Shown in pieces: positions 60,328-64,000 of a DNA stretch of 64,000 nucleotides. The number at the start of each line of letters is the position of its first letter. Position 1 is the stretch's first letter. This DNA is from Coleofasciculus sp. B1-GNL1-01 (lineage in GTDB: Bacteria; Cyanobacteriota; Cyanobacteriia; Cyanobacteriales; Coleofasciculaceae), in the NCBI GenBank assembly GCA_040220235.1, contig JAVJTO010000071.1, one strand, 5' to 3'. Under the pieces are notes generated by a model that did no database searches, had not been told where the DNA came from, and worked only from the letters and a program-made list of their open reading frames with translations. A program made the position numbers and the translations under genes.

Positions 60328-60990
60328 ATGCCAAAGGCTGTTATTTTTGATGTAGACGGCACCTTAGTTGATTCCGTTGATCTGCACGCCCAGGCGTGGG
60401 TTGAAGCGTTTAAACAGTTTGGCTATGATGTGCCTTACGATAAAATCCGTCATCAAATCGGTAAAGGGAGTGACTATATCATCCCTGTCTTTATTTCTCA
60501 AGCGGAATTTGAACGCCTGGGTGAGGATATTGCCAATTATCGCAAAGACTTTTATCAAAAAAATCTTCTATCCCAAGTGCGTCCTTTTGAGGGAGTGCGC
60601 CAACTCTTTAAACGCCTCAAATCAGATGGCAAGCAGGTTGCATTGGCGTCTTCAGCCCGAACGAAAACCCTCAACTATTACAAAGAACTCTTAGAGATTG
60701 AAGATTTAGTGGATGGTGCAACTTCTAGAGATGATGTTGAAAAGCCAAAACCCAATCCCGACATCTTTCAAGCCGCATTAGCTAAGCTGGATGGAGTGAC
60801 GCCCCAAGAGGCGATTGTGGTGGGAGATAGTCCTTATGATGCTCAAGCCGCCTGTAAAATTAACCTAGATGTCATTGGCGTGCTTTGCGGTGGTTTCTCA
60901 GCAGCCGAGTTAAAAGAAGCAGGCTGTATGAGAGTCTATCAAAATCCAGCGGATTTACTCGATAATTATCATCAGTCTCCTTTGATTTAA
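60328..60990 (+). CDS. HAD-family hydrolase
   Basis: FDVDGT, ASS, KPNP and VGDSPYD motifs; AAGGAG RBS. Confidence 0.93.
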   Translation: MPKAVIFDVDGTLVDSVDLHAQAWVEAFKQFGYDVPYDKIRHQIGKGSDYIIPVFISQAEFERLGEDIANYRKDFYQKNLLSQVRPFEGVRQLFKRLKSDGKQVALASSARTKTLNYYKELLEIEDLVDGATSRDDVEKPKPNPDIFQAALAKLDGVTPQEAIVVGDSPYDAQAACKINLDVIGVLCGGFSAAELKEAGCMRVYQNPADLLDNYHQSPLI

Positions 60991-61056
60991 AGTCTCAGTA
61001 ACAAGAGTTTAGACTAAACCATTGATCTATGTCGTTTGTCTTTTTAAGAAGAGTGG

Positions 61057-61614
61057 CTAATAATAGCTCTTGATTGTGGAAAAATCTGTTGTCCCCTCAC
61101 CACAAGCTAATTCACCATTTTGATAGGTGGGTAAAAGGGGTATGGTTGGACCCGATATATTAGCTTCACAGATAATCGCCAGCATGGTCATTTCATTCGA
61201 TGAAGCATCAGACTCAACTTCATTTAGGGAAACGGAAAAAACACCACCTACATAACTAGGAACATCTTTATCGTGAGATATTACATAGTTAAATGCAGCC
61301 TTGTCAGTTATTCGAGTTGATAATAAATAGTGTTCGGTCTCAGGCTGAACACCCAAACCTAAGTCTTCAAAATCTTTGCTAAATTTTTTTTCTTCCAAAT
61401 AGTAACCTTGCTGAGCGCGGTTCATGGAACCTACCATTGTAGGTTCCTCAAAATTTCTACTGTAAGTAGCTTGGTCAGGGACGAAAACTTTGAACATAAC
61501 CCAAATAAAAACCAATCCGGACAGTGGTAGTAATATGGGAAAGCATCCTAAACCAGTTGATTGATTTGTAGATTTCCTGTCCATAGCATTACTGGTTGAA
61601 CTCAACATCTTCAT
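61057..61614 (-). CDS. Type IV pilin-like G/H family protein
   Basis: TM then GSMNRAQQGYYLE..F..LGLG and SYVGGV..AIICE motifs. Confidence 0.85.
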   Translation of the reverse strand: MKMLSSTSNAMDRKSTNQSTGLGCFPILLPLSGLVFIWVMFKVFVPDQATYSRNFEEPTMVGSMNRAQQGYYLEEKKFSKDFEDLGLGVQPETEHYLLSTRITDKAAFNYVISHDKDVPSYVGGVFSVSLNEVESDASSNEMTMLAIICEANISGPTIPLLPTYQNGELACGEGTTDFSTIKSYY

Positions 61615-61706
61615 TAAATCAGATGAGTTCCCGAGATGTGGACTGATAACTGTCTGTGTAATTAAGCCATCACTAATAGGTTTTAATATCTATCTTACTT
61701 TCACAA

Positions 61707-63539
61707 CTACTGAACTAATTTGCGAATTTTACCATAAGCAATATAGGAACCTCCCTGGGGATTTTCTTTCACCTCATCAACTACATATAACATGCCTTCC
61801 TCTCGAATAGTGCGCGGAAAACGGATATTGTAGTCAGGATTATAGCCATCAGAAACAACTCTGGCTCGCAGTTTTTTCCCGTCCTTGATACACTGAACTA
61901 GAACCCCATCTCCCACCGTATCTGTGGTTTCTAAATCAGCCGCCGTTCCTTGGGCTTTAGCGGTTTGTAATTGTTTAGCTTGGCGGGTTTTTTGAGTGGA
62001 TGCTTTTTCTTCACCCGGTTTAACCAGGCGGCGAATGGTTCCTGAGGCGCGATAAAATGTGCCATTAGCAGAAGGAGTAATTTCATCCACGACATAGGTG
62101 ACACCTTGTTCGCGGATACTGCGGGGAAACTGCACGTTGAAATCCGGATTATATCCCTCAGAAATAACCCGCACTCGTAGCTTACCTCCAACCCGTTCAC
62201 ATTTGACTAAAACACCACTGTCGGGATTCGTCGTTACCTCTAACCCACTAGCAGCACCTGCTGTGGTTCCCCGGAATTTTAAATCTTCGCGATCGCGGGT
62301 TTGGGTTTGATAGGATTGATCGCGCATTTCTTTGCGAATTGCCCGGTCAAATCGTCGATTTTCTAAACATTGGGCATAGTAGTCCAGTTGGGCTATTTCT
62401 TCGGCAATGTCAAAGAATTCGTCTAATGTCTTGCGTTTGAGTTCCTCAATCGTTTCCCGCAGCTTAACCACCGCTTGTTGAAAATCTCCTTTGTCCGCCA
62501 GGGAAACGGCTTCATCTTTTAATTTGGCAATTCTTAACTGAGAGGTTTGTTCCAAGACTTGCGGATCAGGCTGGACGTCTTTGGCTTGTGCTTCTGAACC
62601 GACGGTTAAGGTAATGGAAAACTGATTGCTAATGTCTTGGATACTGCCTTCGACAATGGTTTGATAGTCATACGTCACTGTAGCAATTGTCGTCGTTCCC
62701 GATTGCGATCGCGGGGACACGGTTAAGGGAATTGCTAAGGGCTTTTGTTCAACGCCATACACATCCCCCAAGACAACCTCTACCGTATTACCCACTTGGG
62801 AAAACCGATAATTATTGAGAATCTCGCCAACCTCAACAAATTCTTCTGGTTGTAGCCTCACCCTGAGATTTTGCGCCACAACTGACACCAGACTTTCCAT
62901 CTCAATGTCAAACACTTGGGAGGCATCATCGGGAGACTGAATGAAATAGAAATTCCCCCGGGCAGCCTTTGCCATGTTAATCAGTAAATCTTCGTTAAAA
63001 TTATTACCAAATCCTAAGGTTGTGGTAACAATATCCGCTTCTGCTTTTTCTAAGGCTGTTTTCGTCAGCACTTGCGGATCTTTAATCCCATAATTTGCCA
63101 ATCCATCAGTTAAGAGTAAGACACGATTAATCCGTTCCGGGCTTTGGTTGGCTTGAACTTGAGTACATCCCAACAACCAGCCGCCACTTAAGTTAGTGCA
63201 ACCCCCGGCGCGAATTTTGCCAATTTTAGTTTTCAGGGCGGCTTTATCGCTAACTAATGCTGGGGGAATAATCACCTCGGCGGTGTCATCGTAAATCACT
63301 ACCGAAACAAAATCATCGGGGGTGAGATGATCAATAAGATTTTGGGCGGCTTGAATGGCATATCGTAGCGGCGTTCCTCCCATTGATCCCGACCGATCTA
63401 AGACTAAGCTGAGATTCAGGGGACGACGAGAGGAGTTCTGCTGATTCAACTCCGAGCCTTGAAAGCTAATCAGTAAGTCTACGGTTGAGGGACTGTCTGC
63501 GGCAATTAACGATTGACTGAGGGTGTAACTGGCTTTCAT
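61707..63539 (-). CDS. VWA domain protein with a duplicated C-terminal beta-rich domain
   Basis: DRSGSM MIDAS, TNL and LLTDG motifs; two copies of LR.RV.S.GYNPD.N..FPR.IRE.G..YVVDE. Confidence 0.9.
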   Translation of the reverse strand: MKASYTLSQSLIAADSPSTVDLLISFQGSELNQQNSSRRPLNLSLVLDRSGSMGGTPLRYAIQAAQNLIDHLTPDDFVSVVIYDDTAEVIIPPALVSDKAALKTKIGKIRAGGCTNLSGGWLLGCTQVQANQSPERINRVLLLTDGLANYGIKDPQVLTKTALEKAEADIVTTTLGFGNNFNEDLLINMAKAARGNFYFIQSPDDASQVFDIEMESLVSVVAQNLRVRLQPEEFVEVGEILNNYRFSQVGNTVEVVLGDVYGVEQKPLAIPLTVSPRSQSGTTTIATVTYDYQTIVEGSIQDISNQFSITLTVGSEAQAKDVQPDPQVLEQTSQLRIAKLKDEAVSLADKGDFQQAVVKLRETIEELKRKTLDEFFDIAEEIAQLDYYAQCLENRRFDRAIRKEMRDQSYQTQTRDREDLKFRGTTAGAASGLEVTTNPDSGVLVKCERVGGKLRVRVISEGYNPDFNVQFPRSIREQGVTYVVDEITPSANGTFYRASGTIRRLVKPGEEKASTQKTRQAKQLQTAKAQGTAADLETTDTVGDGVLVQCIKDGKKLRARVVSDGYNPDYNIRFPRTIREEGMLYVVDEVKENPQGGSYIAYGKIRKLVQ

Positions 63540-63618
63540 ATCCACCGATTGGCATTAAAGGTTTAGATGACATTATTTCATTTTAGTTTAACTAATTAAA
63601 AACAAGGGCTGGGATGTC

Positions 63619-63746
63619 ATACCAAGTTGCAGTCTAATGTAGAACTTTCTTTTTCTCCCTATCTCCCTATCTCCCTATCTCCCCCTCACCCTCTCACCCT
63701 CTCACCCCATCTACTCTATCTGCTATCTTTGAACGCAACTTGGTAT
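63619..63746. mobile_element. TA-flanked MITE
   Basis: TIRs ataccaagttgc / gcaacttggtat; related ends at ~37810 and ~60250. Confidence 0.65.
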
Positions 63747-63781
63747 CAGGGAGACGTTCCCAGGGAATGTCTCTACCGTTG

Positions 63782-64000
63782 TTAATCTTCGTCATCGTCA
63801 TAAATGAAATCGGGCGGCGGTGGAATATCGGGAACGAGTTCAATTGTCATTCCTTGTTCAAACATGCAGGAATCTATATCCTCTTCGTCTAAGATTACCT
63901 CCCGATGCGCCCAAGCTAAACCTTGATTGGGAAGTTTTATTTCTATCCAGCCGCCTTTGGTTTGTTTGCCTGTGATTGGGACTTGTTCTCTAGTTAAATA
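63782..64000 (-). CDS. 3' end of a gene running in from the right edge (SH3b-like tail, possibly of a kinase)
   Basis: Open frame YLTREQVPITGKQTKGGWIEIKLPNQGLAWAHREVI..PPPPDFIYDDDED*; GW.EI...W is SH3b-like. Confidence 0.6.
   Translation of the reverse strand, partial: YLTREQVPITGKQTKGGWIEIKLPNQGLAWAHREVILDEEDIDSCMFEQGMTIELVPDIPPPPDFIYDDDED

Overview
Chromosomal window from a filamentous cyanobacterium. The basis is the frequent HIP1 octamer GCGATCGC, the hps pseudopilin cluster, rpaA, pentapeptide proteins, Uma2 and PEP-CTERM; gene content and repeats suggest a Coleofasciculus/Microcoleus-like organism (inference). About 45 CDS are supported, including hpsA-C plus two pilins, folC, ilvD, a lipoxygenase, a solo TnpB element, two Ser/Thr kinases, rpaA, two histidine kinases, a MoxR operon, an Rpn nuclease, a RAYT with its REPs, an AT-rich TPR-trypsin operon and selD. 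Intergenic DNA is dense with REP palindromes, TA-flanked MITEs and 7/9-mer tandem repeats. I found no rRNA, tRNA or CRISPR array. The strongest candidate for an undescribed system is a protein of four ~138-aa Nif11-like repeats, each with an EF-hand-like loop. It lies directly upstream of the lipoxygenase once the TnpB element is removed, and the pair is bracketed by two copies of one MITE. Other leads are: degenerate copies of an internal selD segment ending at HIP1 that delimit accessory cassettes; REP elements translated in-frame inside folC and selD; a possible intragenic RpnS antitoxin start; and a 57-aa ORF missing from the ORF track. All family calls come from motif recognition by eye; no database searches were run.
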